This document shows positions 24,101-35,945 of a DNA stretch of 64,000 nucleotides, piece by piece. The translations under genes were made by a program, and so were the position numbers. Positions within the stretch are counted from its first letter, which is position 1, and each line of letters begins with the position of its first letter. The stretch is from assembly GCA_002633005.1 (NCBI GenBank), contig NMRA01000005.1, positions 1,341,855-1,405,854 on the forward strand, read 5' to 3'. The DNA comes from Phoronis australis. Taxonomy: Eukaryota; Animalia; Phoronida. Under the pieces are notes generated by a model. The model was not told where the DNA came from. It saw only the letters and a list, made by a program, of their open reading frames with translations, and did no database searches.

Positions 24101-26347
24101 TGACCAATTACGAGGAAGAGGAAAATTTTCCAGGTGATATATCGTTCCACAAATAAATAGGCTTGTGAGATAAATATATTTTTTGAATTGTAAAAATTAA
24201 TTGAAATAAACGTTTTTATATGAATAAAGTCAAAATAATGATAAAAAAGAGACGAAGGAAGAGGAAACTGGAAATCCAATAAGAGGCAACTGAAACCAAA
24301 ACGGAGGAAATCCTCTAAAAAAAAAGGAAAAATCGAAGCCCCGAGGGAACCCAGCCCTGAACACAATTACCGATGTCATTTGTGAAGTGAGGGCCACGCA
24401 TTACACACGTGTTTATACAGGTGAAGCACTAAATCCACTAGCGTCATCTAGTGAAATTAGTGTTTCTCATTTTTAAAACCTGTTGGAAATTATTTTCATT
24501 TAATTTTCACCGATGAGCCTAACTTGGCAAAAGCAAAATCAAACATTTCTCAAGTTGAAACAGCTTTGGCAAAATGTTCATCAAGCCAAAGAACACCATA
24601 GTTGGTTCTGGTCAGTAGCCCCCCCCAACTTCAGCCAAAGTCTCGTGTTTTTTTGAAAGTAATAATAACCAAAGGATAAGTAAAAAAAATCCCGTATCTT
24701 CTTTTCCCATTCTTAGGGTGGTTTTTGTTTTTCATAAAAAGTGAGCAACTAAAAAATACCGCACCTCCTATTCGATTAAAAGAAAAACAACAGACCAGAA
24801 CCGACTATGCTTTTCCCATTTAACATAACAATCTAGTTCATTTACGACTACCTACCCCCTTCAGTGACGGGTAACGGTGTGTCTTGGGCTTCTTAATTTT
24901 GTTGCGGTGCTGTTTTTTATCTGAAACAACAATTGTGGCAAATAGGAGAATTTCACATGGCAATGTTGTCATGTTTCAAATGCACCATGCAATGGTTGTT
25001 GGCTACCTAACATCCCATACCTGTATCTTGCATTCCAGACGGCAAGATTTCATTTCAGCGTGATCGATGACGCGTACCTCGAGAATCTTTCACGCATACG
25101 ATTTGGCAATCTAATGTATTTATTTTTACAATCAAATAAATAAAGATGGTTGCTATGTCATACACGCACCAAAACACATGTTGCAGTGGGTCCACACCTT
25201 CAGTTATGCGTCACTCAAGTGACCAGTGTTGTTTTTCGTCACGTCACCGAGTTATCCGAGATGTCACCGGATGTTAATGAACCAACCACTGTCCCACAAT
25301 GCATTTGAAAAACGACAGCAGCACAACAGATGAAATTATAAGACAGAACTGATAATACCAACCATTCTACCAACTGCTTGACCAACAACCCCCCTTATGT
25401 GCACAAAATCTCCCAAATTGAACTTATACCATATGTATGCACATTTGTGCTCACATGCCAGTAATAGTAACTTACAGTGGCCCCGTATTTTGAGAACCAG
25501 TTTTCCCCACTGAGTAACACACATCAAACTCGTTCTCAAAACACATGACCAATGTAAATGACTAATGCCCATACGCATACGCACGAAACTGTGCGTACAA
25601 CTAATACAAGTGTACGCAATTACACGTGAAACATTTGAGTAAAACAAAGGTACACGTTCAAGATGATTCCACAGTATTAGTCCCTTCTCTGTTTAGCACA
25701 AAATAATTGTGCAATTTCCTTAAACGTTAAATTCTAGAAAACAGATGTGTGTTATTTTCAGGGTAACTCGAGGGAATAATGCAAAATCGACTAAGACTCA
25801 ACTAAATGAGCAAATGGAGTGTCATTTTTTTTTCTAACAACGAAGGGGACAGATTTCTACAGCACACGAGTAAAAGCCTTCGTTGCAGTTTATTTTAACA
25901 TGTTTTCATTTCGTTTTAACCAGTGTGTTATGATAGTAAAACATGAGAGCTGAAAAACAAGGGTGAAGCAAAGAAAAGACGGAAGGAGTGATCATCACTC
26001 AAGACGAGGGGAATGTTTCATGAAACTGACTCAAGACTTTTGACAGGAATTTGCTCACACGATCCAACTTCACAGGTACAGAATAAAGTTTTAGCCAAGT
26101 AATTATGGGCTTTTCAGAGTCTGGAAATAATTCATAGAATCATCTCAGTTACTAGCAATGATGTGTAAATTCTTAAAAACTGCCCTTCTGCTTAAGTGAA
26201 ATTTAATTATAGTTAATAGTTGTGGAGATTGTAACACCAAATTCCTGTTTTAAGTCTTCAGACACACTTTTTTATGTCGAGGAACCCTGACGTCACTTTG
26301 ACAAACTTACGTTGGTTATGATCTGTATGATTCTTAGACTTGGCCAT
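9136..26347 (-). CDS. RPL29: 60S ribosomal protein L29 (eL29), spliced: join(26311-26347, 24856-24920, 9136-9192), 52 aa
   Basis: Spliced translation is MAKSKNHTDHNQ|HKKQHRNKIKKPKTHRYPSLKG|VDPKFLKNMRFAKKHNKK*, matching the eL29 pattern MAKSKNHT.HNQ...HRN.IKKP...Y.SLKGVDPKFL.NMRFAKKHNKK. All junctions are GT-AG and the phases are consistent (37+65+57 nt). AATAAA at 9049-9054 (minus). Confidence 0.96.
15780..15945 (+). mobile_element. MITE of the CAGGGGCGGATCCAGG family (copy 1)
   Basis: Shares internal sequence (gattttgagttgggg...gggcagagtatt...gccaaatggaatctggga) with 31552-31708 and 52069-52228. Confidence 0.8.
21214..21986 (+). mobile_element. 5'-truncated non-LTR retrotransposon (L2/CR1/Crack-type) 3' end
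   Basis: Disrupted ORF2 C-terminus QPHIDYCVPVW...VQVT*NRAAGVIL and RSFIYAAAAIWNSLSPEIKRCDSINAFKFNIKKWL*, then an AT-rich 3' UTR and A-rich tail. Confidence 0.8.
23322..24423. other. Apparent ~550-bp direct duplication across a single N (23872); probable assembly artefact
   Basis: 23322-23871 and 23873-24423 differ by a few substitutions and a homopolymer length, and are joined at the N. Confidence 0.85.
24856..24920 (-). CDS. RPL29: RPL29 second coding exon (HKKQHRNKIKKPKTHRYPSLKG)
   Basis: tttcag| acceptor, GGG|gtaggt donor, 65 nt keeps the frame. Confidence 0.95.
26311..26347 (-). CDS. RPL29: RPL29 first coding exon (MAKSKNHTDHNQ, phase 1); exon including UTR is 26311-26369
   Basis: ATG in GCCATGG context; donor C|gtaagt; acceptor ttttctacag upstream of 26369. 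Confidence 0.95.
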
Positions 26348-27083
26348 GGCTGTACTGTGGTTTGTAGATCTGTAGAAAACAATGAGATGAGTCAAGACAA
26401 CATAAAACCATGATGAGGGTGTTTAAAAACTTAACCGGATCTACAACAACGCGCTGTATGCAGCACCACCTGTTAAGTACTGAGGAAGGCATCAAGTCAC
26501 GCGTGCTCAAAATTTCTGTGACATAATTATGCCCTTTTGGATGAAAGATTTAATTTCGTCTCTGTTAGACTTAAAAATTACTTTCACGAGTCTGGCACAT
26601 TGCCTTCCATTTCAGGGCTCAAGAACAACCAGGTGGCGACACAAGTCAGTCATCTCATGAGACAAATCACCACCATGATGGGGTAGTGAGAATTCTCTGA
26701 TGCACTTCTAATAATTTAGCAGAGTATTTGAAAGAGGATGAAGCTGAAGTTCAATTGTATTCGCATATCTATAATACAGTACAATAATACAACTTACAAT
26801 TATTGTATCGTATTGTATAACACATTTATCCTATACACAAATGAGGATTCTATAAAGATAGATACAAAAAAGCAATGCATCCAGCTTCATATCCTCATTA
26901 TTCATTTAACTTTCAATAATGAACTTATTTGAGCGTAATAAATGGGAGATCATAGGTACACGACAATCAGAATGAGTGACAGTTGGCAAGTACGCTACAT
27001 CCAGTCATGATTCTCCAATGGCAATGGAACTTGTAATATGTATACGTGGTCCCACATTTCTAAGTAACAGTCAAATACTAGTA

Positions 27084-27304
27084 GATGGGTCCCCGATTTG
27101 AGAACCAGTTACTCCTACTGAATAACGCCCGTTAATCATTGGTACTAGTAACCGGTTCTAAAATCAATTATAAATCAAAGACCTACCTACCTGACTATAA
27201 CCCATCACGGTCACCTCTTCAAAATGGCTATTGGGAACCAGTTTCACATTCCCTATATTCAGTGAAAACTGGTTCGCGGCAGCCATTTTCAAGAGGGACC
27301 CATT
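27084..27304. mobile_element. MITE-like element in RPL29 intron 1
   Basis: Inverted ends atgggtccc...gggacccat and internal gaaccagtt/aactggttc repeats; related fragment at about 25478-25520. Confidence 0.45.
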
Positions 27305-27750
27305 TACTCCACTTTTACCTAATTAGTCCTAATTCATTGGTTTTAGTGATTGGGAGGAAATTTGGTCTCCTAGTGTCGTTCTTGCGAGTCCACAACTGGG
27401 ACCACAAGCCAGCGCCTGCTAGTCAAGTAGACAGATTTTAAGAAGCAACAGACCAATAAAAAGGTGTACTCTTACTTAAAAGTGCTACAATGTTGGAAAT
27501 TTAAGACTGTGACACCGGAGATTCACTTAAAGGCAAAACTTTCAAAAGACATCATAACAGGACGAGTTTTAATGGTACCATTGGCTTACTATGTCAAAAC
27601 CCACAAACTGGAAATGTTTGCACGTCATAACAACAGGGAATAATTGTAAACGGTCTTTGTGTGCTATTTATTTAGAGTAAAATTTCTGTATCACATGGAT
27701 GAATTGGATATTTTCAGATAACTTTACACAAATTTCACGTACTTATTTAC

Positions 27751-27778
27751 CCCAAATTCAATATGGCGAAAAGAAAGG
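27751..27778 (-). promoter_or_regulatory. RPL29: RPL29 TCT initiator / 5'-TOP non-coding first exon with YY1-type motif
   Basis: Minus strand reads CCTTTCTTTTCGCCATATTGAATTTGGG|gtaaat: polypyrimidine start typical of ribosomal-protein genes, CGCCATNTT motif, GT donor. Confidence 0.8.
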
Positions 27779-28149
27779 TCAAGGACACTGATGAGAGTCC
27801 TCTGTTGGAGACCGTTGTGGGAAGTTCGTTTTGCAGGCCTCGACAAAGACGTCTCATGGTCTGTCTCTGGCTTCGATGAACCGAGAAACCCAGACAACAG
27901 GGCCGCAATTAAATACTAATAAAATGAATTCGGCAAAAAAACATTGAAAACCCTTCACCTCAAAGAAAACAAAAAACAGAAGGACAGAAAATACTCTGTT
28001 TCCTACACCCTGACTGCAGTGGCGGATCTAGGATATCACAAGGGGGGGCCCAACATTTTGTTCGGCTGTAAGCATTTGCGCAAACTGAACCACGAGTGTA
28101 GATGCGCATAGCACCGAATGGGGGGACGTGTCAAACAGGAAAAACTGCA

Positions 28150-28218
28150 AGTACCAAAGACTCGAACTCGCAACATGGCGGATAGAACGCGCGTGCATTA
28201 CCACTACACCACCACGAC
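28150..28218 (-). mobile_element. tRNA-derived SINE head / tRNA-like pseudogene
   Basis: Minus strand tggtgtagtgg (A box) ... gagttcgagtc (B box); stems do not close. Confidence 0.45.
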
Positions 28219-31200
28219 TTAAATACTGTTCTTATACTAAGAGACCTACTTGTTTATGGTCCACAGGGTTTGCGCGCGAAACCTACTTCTTTTTGTAATG
28301 CTTATTACACGTTTTATGTTTTGTGCCATCAATTCTTAACAAAGTTGTCGTATTTAAAATAGTCTTCAAATGCCCAAAACAAAGACCAAATCCGTTTTTC
28401 GTGTTGGCAATAATGACGGGATTGCTTTGGGAATCGTCTTAAGATAAGGTTTGACAAAGAAAGTATTGCGAGTTTCTGAGTGATTCACTAAGGCTTCGAT
28501 TAAAATTCACATCTTACCAGCAGCTTCTGTTTTTCATCGTCACTCAGGTTCCATTTTCTTTAAAAAATGAAGTAAATTTTCTTCATTGCACAGTGGAACA
28601 GACGACGGAAACAAAGTCGTAGTGCGCAGCGGCACTGCCGGTCGCCTGGGATATCGCGGGAGAGCCTATACTTAGCCATAGTTCCGTTACGGATGCGCCG
28701 TGTTCCGAATTTGACACTTGAAATTGGATTTGGTCCCCCTGCCCCCTAAGTCCGCCTATACACTGATGATTTTCAGCCGTACTGCGAATGAGTTCTGGGC
28801 AAGAATCACTTATGCTACAGGGGTCCACGGATTCATGAGAACCAGTTGATTCTAGTTATTCGGTGGAGAAACCTTATCGAAATGCGTCACCGCTGTACTT
28901 GAAATGATTAGTTCCGATTTCTGTTCGAAATATCCCCCGTGACCATTCTTTATACTATTCACCGGACTTACAATATAGGCTACACATGTTTCAGGGGTGA
29001 AGGGGCTCAAAGTTTTCATGGGCGGTACGGTGTGTTGGTGGGGGGGACTGGGCGGCTCAAAGAGCAAACTGTTTTGAGAGTCGTCCTTCTTTCAGGGTTC
29101 TTTTACGACGGATTCAATTAATTTGCTTCTTGTCAGCAACATTTCTGTTTTCGTCATGCACCGCACTTCAACGAGCGGGTTTCTTTCACCATGAACCACA
29201 ATTGGCCTACCAAGTCACTAAGTGAGAAAAAAATACAGCTTGCGTAAAAGTAATTAGTGCCAAAATAATGGTATGTTAATGCAAAAGGAAGACGGACTAG
29301 TATCAAAAATATCTCTCGTGAATCGCCCGACTCGGTCGAACACTGGAGAAAACATAGACCAGGCGTGCGTTCAGTAATGGTAGGACCTATGCTAGGACCT
29401 ATCTAAAATCTAGCCAACGTCACGTGTTCTCATTTGAAATACACGGCAATATCTCACGTAATCTCCCGAAATCTTGCTTTTTAGCGGGGTCCTAGCGTTT
29501 CTGAACGGGAGGCAGACATTCACTTTCTACAGACAGCTCAAAACTCATCTAGAGGTTTTGAATCCATTAGCTGTTGCTCAGTGAGGTGTAAATCTTTTGT
29601 GCGTCACTTCTCCGGGGGTCATGCACGCTTATCTATCACTACTGACAACTTTGGATATTTTTCTTTTTTCTGACAAGAGAAAATGAGTAAAATTAATAAT
29701 AGACCTATTTGAAGTATCGCAGCTAACTACACCAGCCGATGTAAGAGTTGGTACTACTTGGAAATGTCTTTTTCAGCATTGACGGGTTTAACATATGACT
29801 GCATCAATTCGAAACTGCAATTTTAAATGAAAATATACACAATGGTAATTTAATGAATAGATTATTTTGAAAGCGTACTGTAGCCGAAATCAACCATTTT
29901 AATGCCTAAGAACTAAGGAGATATTAAGAAATGTGATTATTTAGTGACACGAACATGGTACCGCAGATAATATTTATTTGACGGATGAAATATTGGTATG
30001 TACTGTATACCAATGCAACCTAACCAGCAATGCAGGCATAGAATAAAACAGGTTCTTAGATTCAGTACTTTAAGTTTCCGTGAAGGATTACCCTGAATGT
30101 ACGGTAAAACAACTTATGGTGACATAGTTTTCATTTGCGCTAGCTAAGCAACAGACTCGCTGCCAGAAATCCCGTTTCATAGCCCATGGCGGCGCTGACA
30201 AAGTCCAGATCGAATAACGTTCACGATGACTTTCAAATCTGGGTTCGCGAGTGTAAAGAAAAACGATTTCCACGTCCACAAAGATTACATTTCACGGTTC
30301 ATAAAAAAATCTTTTGAAGAGTTGCAACTACGACCCAGGAGTGACCCTCCTCCACCCCCGCGATGCAAGGAACTCATAGTAACCTACATGTATGTTTTAC
30401 GCAATCCCACTCTAAACTCGTCTGATTATATGTTCGGTAGCTGAATGCAGACAGTGTCGAAATATGACAATTGTGTGTGAATTGTGAATAAGGTATTGCA
30501 CACAGTCACATACTGGAAATGGTAAGACTTCTAACTTCACAGTCAATTAAGTGTTTGTCGCTGTCGCAAAGGAAACGCACTGATAATTTTATGGTTAAAT
30601 ATCTTTTGCACTTGGATAAAATTTTGTTACCACTAACCTCTATCATTATTTGATAACATGATTATTTTCTGGTACGATTTGCTGTCGAGAGTTTTGTTTT
30701 AGTAAAAGACGAGAGCTGAAGACAAAGGTATATTCTGTTTACATCTTTTTCAGTTGCCATTTGATAAAAAAAGTTGCGTTTCCCATTTTGCTAAGGTTTA
30801 TATACAAGCTCGTGATGCTTCTCTGATTCTTTTTCAGAAGTGACGTAATGAGGCCAAGCAAAACTCAAATTTTGCGTAGACGTTGTGCACAGACTATTTT
30901 AACTCTGTGTTTTTCGTCTATTCAGCCTTTGGGTTGATAAAAACTGCAATTCCGATTACTAAATCTACAGTCGCAAGAATCAGCAAAGAATGACCATGCA
31001 AAACAAGGTTTACTGTCGACTGAAAACGAACAGCTGAGACGATTACAACTACAATCCTTACTTACTGAGAAGGTATACAAGCGATTATTCGAATTGTCCA
31101 ACTGAGTCTAGATTCCGACTATAAACATGACGTGTGCCACCTGAAGTCGAGTCGCTAGTACTTCAAATATTCGGAATCAGAATCAGAAAATGTTCATTGA

Positions 31201-31551
31201 ACGTGGGATAACACAGTTCACATTAAAACTTCACAGTGATAAAAGTTCAGCTCTCAGCACTGTTGCTCTTGAAATATATAGTGCCAGGTTTTTTAGTTCT
31301 ATAAAGATCATGGCTTTGAAATAATCTGTGTATCAATTTTAAAGTGCGTGACACTTGAAATTATAATTAAAAGGACTGTCAATCAGCCTTCCATTGCAAA
31401 AAACAACCTTTCATTTGGACCACTTATCGTTATAAAATTGATCTCTAAATCACCCGTTAGTGAAGTTAGATTCACGGTTTCAAAGGAACTGACAGTTCGT
31501 TATTTACCGAAACCGAGCTCTAGGGGCTGGCGTGTCACTTTTGACCAGAAC

Positions 31552-31708
31552 CAGGGGCGGATCCAGGATTTTGAGTTGGGGGGAGGGGCAGGGCAGAGTA
31601 TTTGCCAGGATTTGCCCGTCAGACATTCGCTTCCCCGAAGTGCCAAATGGAATCTGGGAGAATTTTTGGGGAGCATGTTCCCCTTGGCCCCTTCTAAACC
31701 CGCCATTG
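31552..31708 (+). mobile_element. MITE of the CAGGGGCGGATCCAGG family (copy 2)
   Basis: caggggcggatccagg...ctaaacccgccattg ends; similar to 15780 and 52069. Confidence 0.8.
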
Positions 31709-33671
31709 GGAACAAAGTCTTCAGTTTCATAGCATAAGTATTCAAACTAAAAGTTCGCTTCTTCGACGGAACGTAGGTTCATAGCTAAGAGGTGTTGCAT
31801 AACGTTTTTTTATCTCTGCGTCACACGCATCGGATTCTGTATTTATTGTCGGCGAGTGTCGTGGGAAATTTGATAATTTGCAGTTTCAAAAAGCTGGCAG
31901 GCGCCGAAGGATAGGTAAAAAAACAGGAAAAGTACGAAATTCTAGTGTAAAAACACAGACCCCTGAAGGTTCAATGAAAAGACAATTCTGACTTGCATAT
32001 CGAGGAGTAGATCATGACATGAGAAAATGGAAAAGTTATTGTGCGAGTGAAATGTCGTTACTTCAAGGTAATATTTTGTGATCTTTGGAGGGTCAATCTA
32101 TATTCTAGTGGCAAATTAATTACAGAGTGACAACAGGCAGCTATCAAAAGTAAATTTATAGTCTTTTAAATTGATTTAGTTTCGTTAATGATTGCGCTTT
32201 TCAGAATAAATTCAGTAAAAATCGGCAACACGACAGGAGGTGAATACTTGAACTCTTCTGACATGTCAACCAATACGGGAATTACGTATTTGTAACGTAT
32301 TTTTGCCGTTACTGTAGTGCTACCGTGTAGTGCCAAAATACTAAGTATTTTCTGTAATTAATACGCATTTTTCTCGATGTTCATAATAAAGTCTTCAAAC
32401 CTTCGCTTTGGATTTTTCTGGCGATCTCTTTTGTCGAAATAATCTCATATCACGAGCCTTGCTCGACAGGGCCAAAGGAGTTACCAAGGAGTATAACAAC
32501 ACTCACAGTTACTAGATGTAAGAGCTTCTAATAGGTAAGTAGGTACATGCAATGCATTTTGACACTTGACCATATTTTGACTCGTTTTTTTCAGTGTTAC
32601 GGTTTGCTATGTTTATTTTTTACAAAAATTGCCATGATTAGAGCAAAAATGAGTGACATGTATGGACACATTTCACCACATCTTTTTAAACATTCCTGTG
32701 TTGAACTTTGCACCAGATGACCGTCAATTAAGCGACTCCCTTCGAGATATACCCGTCTATAATCGATTCAGATGCACCACTTTAAAAATATCACAGTTTG
32801 CTCGGCACAAAAGCGAGACGACACTTCTTTTTAATATACAAGAGCTTAAATCTCAAGTTTGCGACCAAATGACCAGTGTGCGAGAAAGTATTATGCGTGT
32901 GTTAATATCCGTACTTATTTATGATTTGAGGAGGCAGTTACCGTGAATAATGACAAGTGCTGACGGCCTTTGAAATATCCTCTCAAGGATCGGCAGGGTG
33001 CCCGACATCTGCGCCGGGTCTAAGTATCTCATAAGTCCAGTTTTATACTTCGGCTGTTCTTCACCTGTTCAGCACACAATATGGCGAAGAAACGAAAATT
33101 CATTTGATCTAAAACTAATTAAGTGTAAAACCAAGCACTTGTTTCTAAATTTCAGTACGTATTAAAGGTTTTGTGGACACCATAATACCCAAATTTGGTT
33201 AACAGCACACCTACGATATCGCTGATCGGATGCAAACGAAACTTTCAGGGGACGTTCTCCAAATTGGGGTTAGAAATTGTTTTTAAAATTGTTCCACTTT
33301 TTCACGAGGGACTATTAGATATATGACTTTTGTCATTTTTATGAAAACGATCAAAAAACACAAAAATGAAATGATAATTTAGATATCTAAAACATCGTTT
33401 TTGAGACTTCATCTTTAACAAGAGCATGAAAAGAATATTTTCATGTTTTAGTAGCGTTGCATATTTGCTATCAACGTACAGTCCATTTTTTGTAATTACT
33501 AAAAAGACACGCCCACGTGACCCAATAAGTGAGAGATTGCTATCAATTCAAAAATCGAATTCTACAGCCTCTCTTCTTTTGCAAAGTATATACTTTTACT
33601 AAATTCAATTCTACAGTTTTTAGATATTTGACTAAGTAAAACACAGTATTGTGCATATAGCCACCACCATA

Positions 33672-33868
33672 ACACTATCATTGCTTGTCCTGGCCTTCCT
33701 ATATAAGGCGACACTATCATTGCTTGTCCTGGCCTTCCTATATAAGGCGACACTATCATTGCTTGTCCTGGCCTTCCTATATAAGGCGACACTATCATTG
33801 CTTGTCCTGGCCTTCCTATATAAGGCGACACTATCATTGCTTGTCCTGGCCTTCTTATATAAGGCGAT
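33672..33868. repeat. Minisatellite, 39-bp unit, about 5 copies
   Basis: Unit gacactatcattgcttgtcctggccttcctatataaggc repeated in tandem. Confidence 0.95.
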
Positions 33869-35873
33869 ACATTTCCCAGCCGTAAATGATGAGGGAGGCA
33901 GTGAAAAGTATTTTTCAACAAAACCTGATGAAGTTTGAAAAGTGCGCGCGAAAAGATGGCAAGGCGACGTTGAAGAAGTGACGCGCCCAATGCCTTGCCT
34001 GCCCGATAGTCTCACATTAGCGATAAAATTACCTGTTTTTCAAGTAGGCTTGCACTATGGAACCCAATTATTGGGTCCTATGCTTGAGGCAGTATATACA
34101 CCGCATTTAGGCCTGGTGTGAAACTGGGCCTGGATCCGAATTTAGGCGAATGCACCTGGGCTGTGCGAGAAACATTTGTAAACAGGAAACTTTGACATTT
34201 GCCATTAAAGTGTCATAAGTAATATTTTAAGGTTACAAAGTACCCTAGATGGCCAAACTTACCAAACTTTGAAACATCATATCTCACAAATGGTTATCAG
34301 ATTCACATGAAAATCTCAGATGCTATACTTTATGCATTGTTCCCCAAAATCTTTCTAGGAATTGTCTTTCAAATTTTTCAATTTTGCATGAGAGGCTATC
34401 ACTAAAACAAGAAAAATTAAGTTACGGGCAGCAATTTTATTGATTTTAATAACATTAATAAAATATTGAATTATCTAAAACATGTCATACTCCTCATGCT
34501 ACAATGTCCATTGGTTAACAGTGATGGTAAAGTCACTGAACCATGTCACAAATGAACGGTTTTATTTATCATGTAACTACTTTCGAAATCAAACATAACC
34601 ATGTAATAAACAGAGAAAACAGTTTATCAGTATTTTCTTGCAAGTACTACCCTTTTACCTACAAGTTTTCCCTCTAATTCCACCCAGCGTAACCACATTC
34701 TTTAAAAAAGATTTCAAGCTGACCCGGGCCACAACACGTATATCATTAAAGAGTAGGGTAATTGTAGGTCATATACTCTTTGAGGTTTCGATGATGTCAC
34801 ACATTCCGTTGCTAAGGTATTTATATTATGACTATGGCTGCATTAAAAATGCATAGTCTCATTAAATTTTGAATATGCAAATGAATTACTAATTTACAAA
34901 CAACCCCGGGTGCTCCAGCGTGCCTGAAACCATCGAGACACAATTACCATTACGATCTAGCGAAAGTCCCATTTTGCAAGACTATTTTTATGTAAATGAG
35001 TATGGTAATATTTCATCCTTACCTTAAAAAAACAAGGCACAGTTTTTATTACTTGTTTATTTCAGTATCAAATAGGATTGCGTAATATTTGGAATTACTA
35101 GAATTTTTTATACCTTCAAACTTGTTTTTAAGTGTATCAGTTATGGTGTTTTCTTTCAAACTGCAATTTATTTACAACTGTTTTTTTTCTTGATTACACT
35201 TGTACACACAGTACTCCAGGAAGTCACTAGGTGGCGCTTGCTACACATATGAATATTCACGGTTTTAATGAGACATAGCATCTGAGATTTTGTATTTATT
35301 TTGTTGGCCATGTATTAACAGTGTTGGTCTTCAAATAAATATTGGCACAATATCTACTTAAAAGACCTGCTTGTAGACTATTCATTATTGAGACTTCAGA
35401 GAATGAAATAATGACACTAATAAGTGAAACTATATCATAAATAATCCATAATTAATACATTTTCAAAAAATACTTTACTTACATTGTTGTAAGATGCCAA
35501 CATACTAAAAACAGTTGAGACTTATCTCCCCTGTTTGCACGGGATTGACTAAGCTGATTGTGCATTTCAAGTCCACAAGTCTGACTGTGTGAAGAGCATT
35601 TCAGACCAATATGTATGGTATTTGGATCAATCAACTTCCACTAGGAGGACGAAGACGAATTAGGCCACATAATGATCAACAGTGTTCAGAGGAATGTATT
35701 TCGACTGTTCTGCAATGGAAGCACACAGTGTTACAGTCAACCAGTGCCAGCTGGCATACTGTTGACTTTTTCGGACCTAGGAGGTCACATGGCAAATTTC
35801 TAGCGTTTTGAAGACTTAATAATTATACTTTTAAAAGTGACATTATTCAGGAGAAAAGGGGTATCATGAAATC

Positions 35874-35945
35874 AGCCCCAGTGTGGATTCGAACCCGAAA
35901 CCTTTGAGTTAGCAACCAAACGCTCTGCTTACAGCTAAATTGCAC
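35874..35945 (-). pseudogene. Degenerate tRNA-like sequence (tRNA pseudogene or SINE head)
   Basis: Minus strand ...gagcgtttggttgctaactcaaaggtttcgggttcgaatccacactggggct: T-loop GGTTCGAATCC present; acceptor and anticodon stems mismatched. Confidence 0.45.

Noticed and set aside
23341-24366. Duplicated 71-aa ORFs suggesting a tandem gene pair
   Set aside because: They lie in the artefactual duplication across the N at 23872 and overlap repeat-derived sequence
33679-33696. Resemblance of the repeat unit (cattgcttgtcctggcct) to miR-92
   Set aside because: Seed is broken, there is no hairpin, and it is part of a tandem repeat
33562-34015. Repetitive ORFs (VSPYIGRPGQAMI, ALYRKARTSNDSV, LSLLVLAFLYKAT)
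   Set aside because: By-products of a 39-bp (3n) tandem repeat; no splice or homology support
35874-35945. Functional tRNA gene
   Set aside because: B box present but acceptor and anticodon stems do not pair; same for 4222, 5156 and 28150
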